Shown: piece by piece, positions 12,501-22,892 of the stretch
How the letters are laid out: the number at the start of each line of letters is the position of its first letter
Numbering within the stretch: the stretch's first letter is position 1
NCBI GenBank assembly: GCA_040954595.2
Contig: CM082580.2
Coordinates: 3,338,783-3,402,782 of the forward strand
DNA: 64,000 nucleotides
Direction of reading: 5' to 3'
DNA from: Balanoglossus misakiensis
Lineage: Eukaryota; Animalia; Hemichordata
Notes under the pieces: generated by a model
Seen by the model: the letters and a program-made list of their open reading frames with translations, nothing else
Told to the model about the DNA's origin: nothing
Databases searched by the model: none
Translations under genes and position numbers: made by a program

Positions 12501-14346
12501 ATGGGTAAACAAAAAAGTTTTAGGCTCGATCTCGATCACACAAAAAAATCAAATGCGTTATTGGCAGATCTTGCTATCTAACACAAATACAATGAATCAA
12601 TGCTAAAATCAACTGTTGATCAAATAAAAGGCTCGACAATCTGTCTCAAAAAGATGGTATGCATTATACACATGATGACTGACAATGAGGGCAACAGTGT
12701 ATTTTGATGACCGAGGGTGCTGCTAGTCACAACTAAAACAGTCTTGTTTTCCCGAGGGCATAGCCCGAGGGAAAACAGACTGTTTTGGTGTGACTGGCAG
12801 TCCCGAGGTCATTAAAAATACACTGTTGCCCGAATATGTCAGCCATCATGTGTTTTATAACACACCAAACCGATCGAACTGATGCCCAAGGCAACAGTTC
12901 GAAATGACTAAGGTCACGTGACGTCGTATTGACGAATCACGATCGAGGGTTCGCTGCATGGTGTGTTATAAACCAAACTGTTTCCTGTACACTGCACTTT
13001 GCGTCCATTGTGTTATCCAAGCAAGCGAGAAAAAGAAACATCTTGTTCATTTGTACGCCCTTCTTCAATAAATTAAATGTGTCCGTGTTCAGTTAATTAA
13101 CACAGCAAAAAACTCATAAAACTTCCGTTCCCCCCCCCCGACTTCAATAAATACAATTGATTCCCTAACTTTACATAAAATGATCACAACTTGGACCCCT
13201 TAGAAATTTTTGTTTCTGCATTACGGCTTTTTTTGTCCTGAACTAAATTTTGCTATTCTATGTGAAATACTCCATGATAGTGATGTAATATATAATCTCT
13301 TATAATTATATATTAATCAAGTGCGTACATGTATGTGTATGCCATGCATGCATAAATGTATGTATGCATTTTTCAGCATCAGTGCAACTGGATGCGGCAG
13401 TGTCTGCGGCAGCTCTGCAGAATAACCTAATTTGCATGCGAAAAAACAGCTCTGCCGCATCTCCACTGCTGGAGAGCTGCAGCAAACCTATTGCAGAGCT
13501 GTCAGTGCGCCGGGGCTGCAGCATGTCTGTAGCGTATGTACTGGATGCGGCAAGGATGCGGCAGTCTCACAGTCTCTGCCGCAGCTTTGCAGAATCACCT
13601 AATTTGCATGCGAAAAAACGGCTCTGCTGCGTCTACCTGCTGTAGAGCTGCAGCAAACCTGCTGTAGAGCTGCTGCAATATATCGCGGCAAGGCCTATAT
13701 TTTCATAAGTGTTACGTATGGGTCTTTATATTCCTGCCAAGCCGCTGTTCCCTCACCAGATTCATTGCCCATTAGGGGTACCTGAAATATCCCCAAAACA
13801 CCCCAAAAGTATTTTGATTAAAAATAGTGCAATGTAATCACAAATAATCTCACTATACTTATATTATTCTGAAACATATGTTAGTATTTAATACAAATGA
13901 ATGTTAAGTTTTCCTCTCGACCAGACAGACTTCTAGTATTATTTTCACTTCTGCAAGCTAACATACGTGTATCTGCCCATAACTTCAGTTCAAAAGTCAC
14001 TTACCTGTGGGTCTTTATATTCCTGCAAAGTCATTGTTCCCTCATCAGATTCACTGTCTGTTAGGTGTACCTGAAATATCCCCAAAACACACCAAAAGTA
14101 TTTTGTCCATCAAAAACAGTACAATACAATGGCATCATGAATAATCTCACTTATACTTATATTATTCTGAAACACTTGTTAGTCTAAGTGTTACCATTTG
14201 ATGAAATTTCCTCTTGATCAGACAGACCATATTTTCTCTAGTACAAACTAGCTGCTGCCCATAACTTCAGTTCAAAAGTCACTTACCTGTGGGTCTTCAT
14301 ATTTCCTGGAAGCCCTGGTTTTCTTACACCAAATATTGCCCATCAT
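580..14346 (-). CDS. Multi-exon ankyrin-repeat protein, 3' end outside the window, with an N-terminal myristoylation/palmitoylation-like motif
   Basis: Phase-0 GT-AG exons in transcript order: 14287-14346 (MMGNIWCKKTRASRKYEDPQ), 14005-14070, 13716-13781, 9063-9176 (VLINAAGDGDIAKIQSLIADGYDVNARG, N-cap ankyrin), 8245-8349, 8014-8112, 7767-7865, 3162-3260, 2914-3012, 2671-2778, 2445-2543, 2173-2271, 1917-2015, 1646-1747, 580-687. Repeats match the ankyrin consensus G-TPLH-AA--G----V-LLL---AD-N. Joining the three 5' exons is inferred from phase and from intron continuity across the 9801-13711 insertion. Confidence 0.85.
1187..1597. mobile_element. MITE with TTAA target duplication (Kolobok-like)
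   Basis: TTAA|ggatgtacg ... cgtacatcc|TTAA, with internal inverted aaatataggggtcaccgcgc / gcgcggtgacccctatattt. Confidence 0.75.
1600..3400 (-). repeat. Tandem ~230-270-bp exon+intron units, 7 ankyrin cassettes, with (AAAC)n microsatellite in the introns
   Basis: Near-identical units, each with a 99-108-nt ankyrin exon and the conserved intron motifs gaaggaggagcatgagaacaatgtcacaaaaattgaaatg and ttagaattaacctgtagaagtc. Confidence 0.95.
3482..4190. mobile_element. PIF/Harbinger-like MITE nested in the LINE endonuclease
   Basis: TIR gggaccgttcagtttttacggc / gccgtaaaaactgaacggtccc with TAA duplication; removal restores ...ARSINNK. Confidence 0.85.
4628..5131. mobile_element. Kolobok-like MITE nested in the LINE
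   Basis: TTAA|aggcacgtaagctgtaact ... agttgcagcttacgtgcct|TTAA; removal restores PSDHTLISF. Confidence 0.85.
5452..5682. repeat. Transposon-terminus-like segment with a TTTTCGATGAGA minisatellite that switches orientation
   Basis: tatggagtgtaattcatgccaaaattagcac, then about 7 direct and 3 inverted copies of ttttcgatgaga. The same terminus occurs at 25787-25818 (+) and 30170-30285 (-). Confidence 0.75.
7756..8450 (-). repeat. Three more ankyrin exon+intron units, same array on the other side of the LINE
   Basis: Same unit sequence as 1600-3400; exons at 7767-7865, 8014-8112 and 8245-8349. Confidence 0.95.
9401..9718. mobile_element. Long-hairpin non-autonomous element (Crypton-like)
   Basis: Imperfect hairpin of ~140 bp at 9406-9547 (agcaataaaacacccc...ggggtgttttattgct), then a tail with cacgtg and ccaatca. 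Classification is inferred. Confidence 0.55.
10380..11679. repeat. Foldback element: 50-bp inverted ends enclosing a ~115-bp satellite (~9.5 copies)
   Basis: gcgcgacattgcacatttatacgatatcggatatttatcgtctagtatcg at 10380-10429 and its reverse complement at 11630-11679; tandem units at 10431-11505 with period 115-116. Confidence 0.9.
11735..11791. mobile_element. 57-bp miniature TAG...CTA element with 9-bp TSD
   Basis: attgcgggt|tagcccggagacacaggcgt...acgcctgtgtctccgggcta|attgcgggt. Confidence 0.8.
12663..12971. mobile_element. Long-hairpin non-autonomous element (Crypton-like)
   Basis: Imperfect hairpin of ~190 bp centred on cccgagggcatagcccgaggg, followed by a gtcacgtgac-containing tail. Confidence 0.55.
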
Positions 14347-14375
14347 GCAGCTGAAACACACCAAAAGAAAACCCA
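13716..14375 (-). repeat. Triplicated ~285-bp exon+intron unit forming the 5' coding exons of the ankyrin gene
   Basis: Three related exons ending EYKDPY / EYKDPQ / KYEDPQ with shared intron sequence (ttttcctctcga..cagacagac, gcccataacttcagttcaaaagtcacttac). Confidence 0.8.
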
Positions 14376-14910
14376 CCAACTTTTGCACTGGTCTCGAGTC
14401 CAACAACTTTTACTTCGTTCTAAGATGGCGTCTTCTGGTCATAATCATGTGATCTTGAAGACTTGAGGGGGTGTAAAAAGTTATAAAGTAACTATGAGTA
14501 AATACACCGCCCTATACACTACAACAGACGTCAGAATATACAATCAGCTATTAATCAAAATCATGATGAGATATGTCACAGCCTGAGGAATTTTTTGCAC
14601 ACAGCCCAAAATATTTTCCCAATACACTCAACAAATTTACCGCATGTAGCACAAAATAAAAAATCGCGTCAAGGACACGGTGGTCCCATTGAGTTATTAT
14701 GCAAGAAAAAGTCTACACCAGAGTACATGGCCATATATAGACAGACAGACAGACACAAACATAGCGAGAGATCAATGGGCAAACACTGACTGACCCATAA
14801 GCTGCCAATGGCATATGTACTGTACATATACTAAATAGAACAGCTGGCCTCTTTAAAACTTAGCCAGTTATGTAATCATTCAGGAATTTGCTGTGTAAAT
14901 CAATCATACC

Positions 14911-15247
14911 AGGGAACTTCCTGCCTAATTAAAACAACTCAATAAAGTAAATAACACCACTTTGCAAAGCAATCTGACCAGTAGTTCTTGAGTTACCGAG
15001 TTTTGACCAAATTCACATTTTCCAGCTAATTTGCATATTTTTGGTGATGACGCCTTCATTTGAACAAACTCCCATCTACAGCCCAGCCTGCATCTGCACA
15101 CCAAATATCATGGTGATACACGCAGCGGTTTTCAAGTTTTTGATGTGGACGGACATACAGACATACATACATCCATCCATCCATACATACATACAGACGC
15201 AACCGATCCCATAAGGTCCCATGGTATATACCAATGGGACCTAAAAA
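14911..15247. mobile_element. Non-autonomous DINE/Helentron-like interspersed repeat, copy 2
   Basis: Direct, near-identical copy of 14-356. Confidence 0.6.
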
Positions 15248-15826
15248 TTGAATACCCAGAAATCTTATTTGTAAAAAAAAATCTAAAATACCATGATAAA
15301 CTTTGTTAACTAGAAAAACAACAATCAAAATATATAGTGTTTACTGTGTTTGCTTGATAAACATTACCAACTCCACCAAACTTTCTATGCATTTGAGAAC
15401 ATATACAGGGTTCATACACCTAGAGCAATTCAAAATTCCAGGAGGGGTTTCAAATTCCAGGAGTTTCCGGGAGCGTACGAACCCTGGTATAAGTTGTCTA
15501 CTGAAACCAACCCAATGATATTAGTCATAACAGCATAACAGTTTCATTTATAATTTATTAATTAATTAACACTAATTACCATAACATAGCATTGGCACCC
15601 TGTAGAATTTCTGTTCTGAGTTCCTTGTTCCAGACATCCCTAAGGTGCAGTACATCATGTTCAAGTAAGTGTACTTTCTTTTTCTGGTTAATATTTATAC
15701 TCCATTAAACCAGGTATTTGTACAACCAGATTGTAAAATAAAACTTAAAAGATAAAAGGAATGTGTTGCAACAATTCTTGTACCGGTATGTAGACCATAA
15801 AATGCACAGTCTTAAGTAGTGTCTTA

Positions 15827-16563
15827 GGCTGCATTCACAAACACCTCTGGAGGGGGGGGGGGTTGAAAAAATTGAGGGTATGTAAGAGGGGATTTTTAAA
15901 TAATGTAGGGACTGAAAGGGGGGACTTGAAAACTTTGACGACTAAATATTTATTTTGAGTCCACAAAAATGCAGTTTCGCGCCCTTTATTTTACAAAATT
16001 TCATCAACACCTTTCAATCATTGACTGGTTTATCTAGTGTCCCAGGTCAGGGGACTTGCCCCCACAGCATGATAACTTTGAGCGGCGACGGTTAAATTTG
16101 TCCTCCCCAACATACCGGTAGTTGAGTTAATTTGCTTTTGCTGGGTTCATTAAAATGCAGCTTTGAGCTCTGTATTTTATATAATTTTCTTACGTGGGAG
16201 GGGGACACCCCCTCCCACACCCACCCCCTTCAATTCTCGGTTTACAATGTCTCCCAACACAGAATACAAATACTTAAAAAATAAAAACAATGTTCAGTTT
16301 TAATACCCACTGATGAGGGGAAACATCAGTTTCAAATTCTTTTCATGGGAGCGCTGTTTTTCTTTTTTACAAGATAGATAGGTGATGTGTTTTGCTCTGT
16401 GAAAGAAAATGGGGGGGGGGGGGGATTTCAAAATTTTGGCAGTTTGGAAGGGGGGATTTGAAAATATTTTGGGTTGTGTACAGGGGGCATGTGAAAATTA
16501 GCGGTAAAAAAAAATAATTCTCCCGCCCCCCCCCCCCCTCCAGAGGTGTTTGTGAATGCAGCC
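15827..16563. mobile_element. PIF/Harbinger-like MITE
   Basis: TIR ggctgcattcacaaacacctctggaggg / ccctccagaggtgtttgtgaatgcagcc, flanked by TTA and TAA. Confidence 0.8.
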
Positions 16564-16596
16564 TAACAAGTTAAAATTTATACTGTCTCTCTCTCA

Positions 16597-17210
16597 AGCT
16601 GTGGAGCTGTTATCAGAGAGGACAGGTACGTTCCACTTGGGCCAAAATAGTGATTATACCCTGACCAAGGATACCTTTGCCTCCTGGTAACACACAGATG
16701 TGGTGACATAAAAATAAGCAAGATGTGTTGGAACAAGTTTGTTTTGGACCAAGCCATGCATTTTATTATTTAATAAGCATATAATAAATACTCCAGTAAG
16801 TAGTGGTAACACAATAACTAATCATGGTTACGATTGGGGAGTTTCAGAGGAGTTGCAACTTTAATTCAACCTCAGGTAAGGTTGCAAACTTTCTGTATGC
16901 AACGGACACAAATAAACACACTAAATCTAAGACTTTTTTCAAGCGTTGTTTTACCTGGAGAACTTTCTTTTTCTGATCAATGTTTTATGGCTTAATTTTC
17001 ACGTACGGCTAGAAAACAGCTTGAGAATTTTATTTGGCTGTGGAGCTCTTATCAAGGAGAACAGGTACGTTCCACTTTGACCACAATACCCTGACTAAGC
17101 ATATCACTGCCTCTTGGTCACACACAAATGCGGTGACTTAAAGTTAAGCAAGATGTGTTGGAACATGTTTGTTTTTGGACTAAAGCCGTACATTTGATTA
17201 ATGTGCATAT
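16597..17210. repeat. Diverged local direct repeat (~180 bp, two copies ~440 bp apart)
   Basis: gctgtggagct...caggtacgttccactt...aagcaagatgtgttggaaca at ~16598-16780 and ~17037-17210. Confidence 0.75.
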
Positions 17211-20136
17211 AAAAGTTGACGTGACCAAACATAGGACTTGTTGTGAATCAATATTATAATTTATATACCACTAAATTTTCACTGGTCTTTCAATTTCATG
17301 GGGCATAAAGTTTTTTTGTTTTTTTTGTTGTTGTTGTTGTTGTTTTTTTTTGGGGGGGGGGGTTGTTTGCTGTTGTTGTTTTGTTTGTTTGTTTGTTGTT
17401 GTTGTTTTAGGGGGGCTTTGCATTTTCATAATGTTATCTTATTAATTCAGTCTTTTTCTTTGTCTTAGTATACTTCGCATTTCCTAAATGTTTTTTTTTG
17501 TTTGTTTGGTTACAGTCCGGTCCCTGTGAGTGACTTTAAAATTATGTTTACAGACATTATCTGCATACTAAAAGTGATTGACTCATATGCTGTTCTGCAG
17601 CACAGCACTGCCAGTGGTAGAATCAAGACAGTAAACTACCCTGGGAGGGGTCATTCGAGGTCACAGCTTACTCTCGAACTCCAAGCGCTATCCAGTCAAG
17701 AATCGGGGATAGGCCAATCCTGCATTCTGTACCGCTACCTTGTGCCATTACCAATCTTTCAAAATTTGAATAAATCTGAGTTGTTTTTCCTCCAAATTTC
17801 ATGTGTGTGCCAATAGTTTTGTTATTTTATGGCAACAGTGTTGGTTTTAACTGACAATCAATAACTGTCATTTTTATCTTTAGAGCTTTTATTTGCCACT
17901 TATATGTATGAAGGAATGAATGAGTAAATGAGTGAGTGAGTGAGCGAGCGTGCAGGCGTGCGTGTGTGTACATACAAATTAAACTCATCTACAGTAAATT
18001 GCTTGACTTACTTTCATTTATGTCCTGTAGACAACCGACTCCATTCCAGATCTTCACACACTAAACAGATCAGGACAGCTTTAAGTTCTGGTTCAGCAGC
18101 CAGATTTTCAAACATGCAGAATCAGATGGTGGTATCACTGAAAAGTGGTGTAAATCCCAGGTAACTGTACAGCACCACAACTTTGACGGAGTTTACTGAA
18201 GCAAAAACTCCTCCAGATTAGAATCTCAACCCTGTGAACAAAAGAAAAATATATTAAAATCACAGTTGAAAATAATTTTAATAGTCATTACTGGTAGCTT
18301 GCCAATGTGGCCTAGAATCATTGAAAATGGCTTGCGATAACTGTGTTTGGTAGAGCAATTAATTTCTACAGTTGTTCAGTTGTCAGTGTGGCCTAAAATG
18401 GCTTATAGTGTCTGTTTCATTTCTCTGGCAAAATTCATGCATTATTCACAAGCTAGAATAACTTTATATGAATGATTTAACAGTGTGGATTTACAGAAGT
18501 ATGGTGAACAACTGACAGTCATTGTTGGTCAAAGAAAACAGTGTACAGTAAATCTTGGAGTGAATACTGCCCTCATGTTGCCACTTTGTTCAAATATATT
18601 GGGGAGGGGACATGAATAGTCTTGTTGCTTGCAATCGTTGCCACACGAGAAAAATCCTATAATGCACCGTTTATAAACCTTCGGTGGCCTACTGACGTAG
18701 TACGTCACTGCACAAATATGTGCGCATATTGTTACCTGGTTAATAGGGCACCCCAGCTCGACAAGCCATCACCCACAGTACTGACAGTATTCAAGTGCTG
18801 ATCTGCTCAGCCGCTGACAACTAGTGTGTTTTATCTTCTCCCACTGCAACTTGTATCTAACTGACTGATTACAACCGGACTGCCTGTTAAAGGAACAAAG
18901 TCTCTCTCTCTCTCTCTCTCTCATATTCACTCGTATGTCACTTGTTCATCTTAATATACAAAGTCATGATTATTTTAAAGAATTACGCTTTAAAGTTACC
19001 ATAAATACTAAGTGTGATATGAAGCAACGAACACCAACATTTTTATTGTGAGAGTAAAGTTCTCGTCACACGGCCAAAGTCCACATCCTCGGAAGCAACT
19101 TCCTATCAATCTTTATTTGAATTTTAATGTAGTATACATCTCATTAAATATATGTGCACTGTCTACTTTTGACCCTCTAGAACCAAAAATAAGTCATTGC
19201 CAACGGTAATGTTTGAAAGTCTTTTCCGGGTATCCAAGGTATCCGACGCAAATGTTCAAAGTCCTGTCACTGGATTGGCCGAAGTTGACCATCGCCTTCT
19301 GTATTTTCAAGGGCAGCTGAAATACGAAGCATGCACCCAGAGATTAGTGAAATACATTTTTGAATCACGTGAGATACTCTTCCGGGCAAACAGACAGAGG
19401 TGTACGTGTGGGTATTGTGAGGCGTTTCTTGGTGATTGGGGGGGGGGTGTGTGTTTTGTTGTGGTGAGATTTTTGCCTTTGGCACGGTTGCTAGTTGTCT
19501 GCTTATGAAGCATGGTGTCAGCATGCCAGGACAAAATTGAACGCGTGATGAAACAGTTACATTCCCTGATGTCTTGGCCAAACAAAAGCCAATGTGTGGA
19601 AGTAACATTGACAAGTGAACACTTCCGTCAGTTAGTTTATTGTCAGCACTAAAAGTAATACTCCAGACATATTCTCTTTTTATGCTCATTTACAGGGCGC
19701 GGACCGAGTTGAAGCAATATGGGATTTAGCATGTTTCAGTGATCAGAATATCAAAAATATCTCACCAAAATAAATGATAATAATGCCAAGAGTGACCATC
19801 TTTGTCCTTTTAAAGCTCTTAGCTGTAACCTCTTGCTATGTTTTCAGTGTTTTTGTTTTGTGTATCTACTTCGGTGTCTTATTCAAATCCCTGAAACACG
19901 ATGAAATGCCAACCATTTAGCTTGTATAATATACGAAATATATTATATGTATGTACAGTCAGCATTTTTAATGTGCAAAATTTGAATTCAAGTCTGGACT
20001 AGAATTCATCTCTCGACAATAACAATGGCCGTTACACGCATACAGACTATGTTGAGTACTGGGCATATAAGCATGTTGTTTGGAGTAGAGCAAGAAATTG
20101 CATTTGGTACACAGCCAAAAGTTACAGCTATTGTCC

Positions 20137-22892
20137 CTAAACAGTCACCCACCTTCCTGGTATAACCCAACTCTCGGCAAACTCTGTGGTATTGGAGGTC
20201 TTTGAACCATCTGACTTCAACAAGTCCCGTCCGCCCTCTACGCTCCCATCACCGAACATTCCGCACAGCCCGCCCTCTAAATCCTCGTTGCCAATGGAGA
20301 CGTCGGCTTCGTGAGCCTTCCCCATCCATCTCAGAGTGACGTCATCTTTGTTGAGGTGCAACTCCACCATGTTGTCGTCTGCTCGAATGTAACCCAAGTC
20401 GTCACCAATGGACAGTGTGCGCGCGTCTACTGGATATCCATTGACCTGTGTGCAGTATTTTACCAAAAACAGACCATTTATGAAACTGAAAACACTGACC
20501 GTAGCTGCCAATTTTTGCATTATTTTCATGATTTTATTTTCCAATTTAAATTGGCCCATCTAAATGAGCTTACTGATAGGTATACATGAACACCTTATCG
20601 ATGCCCGATTGTGACTGCATGTTGCAGTTTGAACACGCTATGTATTAAAACAGGTGCCGCACCGATTTAATCAGCCTCCGTACAAAACAGTACGCAGCTA
20701 TTGTGGTATGCGTCGCCAAGAGATGACAAACTGATGCAAATGCAAGTAACATGGCTTAATGGTGAGGATTTTAGAGGATAGGGAATATATTTGAAGTATT
20801 TTATTGTGGAAAAATATGTAAAAAATGGCAGCTGTAGGAGTTTTCACCTATGTTTTTCTAATTATGTCATTGACACATGCATCTAACCCCCACATGTTTT
20901 ACGGGACCGGTGAAGAGTTGATCTTGCCATACTATAAAGATATTTAAAATAACACTATTTTTTCTGCGATTTTGTTGTTCTCAAAATGATAACGTTTCTA
21001 ACTCACAAGAATAGAATGATCTTCAAGAAAAGAATAAGTGTAGCCTCCGTCAACTTTCGTTGTGACAGACACCATTCTGGTAGGTGGTTTGCTTGGATGG
21101 GATCGACCGCGGAAAGCAGCGGATATTTCGAAAGAGGGTGTTCTTCTCATACAATCCTTCACCAACGTGTAGCTGCAGAAACCCTGGAAACTGTACTTGG
21201 TGCCGCTGAAAGTGCGCATGTGTGGATCCCCGTGACCTCCTGCTCTGATACCTGGAAGAGTAATATGTTTCATAAATCCTTTATCAAACATCCGATCTCA
21301 AGTTAAATTTGAATTATGTGGACAATCTTCATGACCATATTCGATTTGTGTCTGAATCAGCTACCAATTGAAAGTTACCAAAGTTACTGACTGACTGATA
21401 AGTTGGTTGGTAGGTCGGTCGGTCAGTTGCTTGCTTGCTTGATTGATTGATTGATTGATTGACTGACTGACTGACTGACAGACTGACTGGATGATCGGTT
21501 GGTTGGTCGACTGATTTATTGATTGATTGTGTTTCATTATAAAAGACAACTTACCACATGCGTCTGACTTGCTTAAGGTAACATCCCCACCAACAACCAG
21601 AGAAGAAACGTTCCATGCAAATAGATCGCCGTCAAGTGAGCAGTTACCAAACACTTCATCGACTTCTTTGTTGCTCAACGCTTTGGACCATATGTTGAAT
21701 TCCGTCAGGGCGCCGACGAAGGCTTGGTTGCTATCGTAACCGCCTCCGACCGTGCCCTGTCGCTGCCCCAGAACCCAAACGCCCCCGCCGAATATCGTCT
21801 GCTCGCTTCTCAGACCAGTCGCGCTGGTAACCAAGGCGCCATCTTTGTGGACCGTCCAGTTGCCGCCCGCCGAAGACCAAGATGCGCACAAGTGGTGCCA
21901 CTTGCCGTCGTTTAAGTTCGCCCCGGGGTCGGTCTGACGTCGTTCACCCTTGATGACAACGTCAAGCTGTCGCGTGTCGAGCAGCGCGAACTCGTTTGTA
22001 TCGCCCGGAACGGCGTAAGAGACTGGCGTAGAGCTTCGTCCGGTGTCGTTTGATTTCAGCCATAAACACACAGTCATGGCTGACAGTTCAGGAACACTGA
22101 CGTTGACTTTTACATCGGTGTTCGCACTGTTCAAGTTCAGGGTGTCTGCTTCTGCTTGCGTACCTGGGGAGAGAGACAGGCAGACAGAGGGGAGGGAGAC
22201 GGACAGATGGAGAAAGACATATATGGCCAGGGGAAGGTGGGGACAGCGACACACAGAAAAAAAGCCGGTGACACAGTCACATTTTGTGAAGTGGATGAAC
22301 TGATCACAAAATAATCCCTATAACTAAATTGGTAATACGTGCACTGGCCAGGTATACTAGTATAACAACATACACTTTAATTAATACGCTCGTGTCAAAT
22401 TAATATTAGGCCTACTTTTCAGAAGTCGTACATGCAACGCCAAAATGACATTTACACAAAACTTGGGGAAATGTGTTTTGATACTTACCTCTTTTCTGCA
22501 AGTGTACCTTTGTGGGAGTTTTCTGAGAAACAAAAGATAGGCCTACATGTAATTTTAATGGTACAGTTAGCCCCAGCATTTAGCATTTTGTTGACTTTCC
22601 ACCCAAATACATGATTGCACAGTATATCCCTATACTATCAACTATCAACGACATTCAATTGTGGTGGAAAAGGCAAGTGCGTTGTCGATCGCATTTTGTG
22701 ATTTCTCATGTTGACATAGTGTGTTGTGAAGGCTTGATTTTAGCTGTACCGTCAACTTTCAGACGTTCCATCGAGCATTTTGACACTATTTTGTCACGTT
22801 TTTAGCCCTATACTTACATGAGCGTCCCCTCTCAGCGCTGAGACCAACAGCACTAAAGCAAGAGCAACCAGACACACCTTCAGCTCCATCAT
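20137..22892 (-). CDS. Secreted pentraxin + von Willebrand factor type D domain protein, copy 1
   Basis: Exons 22818-22892 (signal peptide MMELKVCLVALALVLLVSALRGDAH), 22489-22522 (KTPTKVHLQKR), 21555-22163 (pentraxin: TVCLW, WHHLCASWSS, LGQ, FVGALTEFNIW), 21007-21251 (GDPHMRTFSG..FQGFCSY), 20153-20445 (GLCG, FAESW). Splice phases are consistent. The 3' end is unresolved: read-through stop at 20137 or a further exon. Confidence 0.88.

Larger units (their letters stand above)
9801..13711. mobile_element. ~3.9-kb non-autonomous CACTA/EnSpm-like composite element in an ankyrin-gene intron
   Basis: Imperfect TIRs cccttataaaaat / attttcataagtg, 2-bp TT duplication and related CTGCAG/GCAGCAG-rich subterminal repeats at both ends. 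It splits the intron motif aaggtcactt|ac, which is intact at ~14000 and ~14280. No transposase ORF. Confidence 0.65.

Noticed and set aside
19010-19100. Cys-rich frame SCFRGCGLWPCDEN as last exon of the pentraxin-VWD gene
   Set aside because: It would supply an expected Cys, but the needed acceptor has no pyrimidine tract; unsupported without RNA data.
19197-19689. ORFs of 92-140 aa downstream of the pentraxin-VWD gene
   Set aside because: The frames are broken by stops and indels in duplicate copy 2 and show no recognisable domain.
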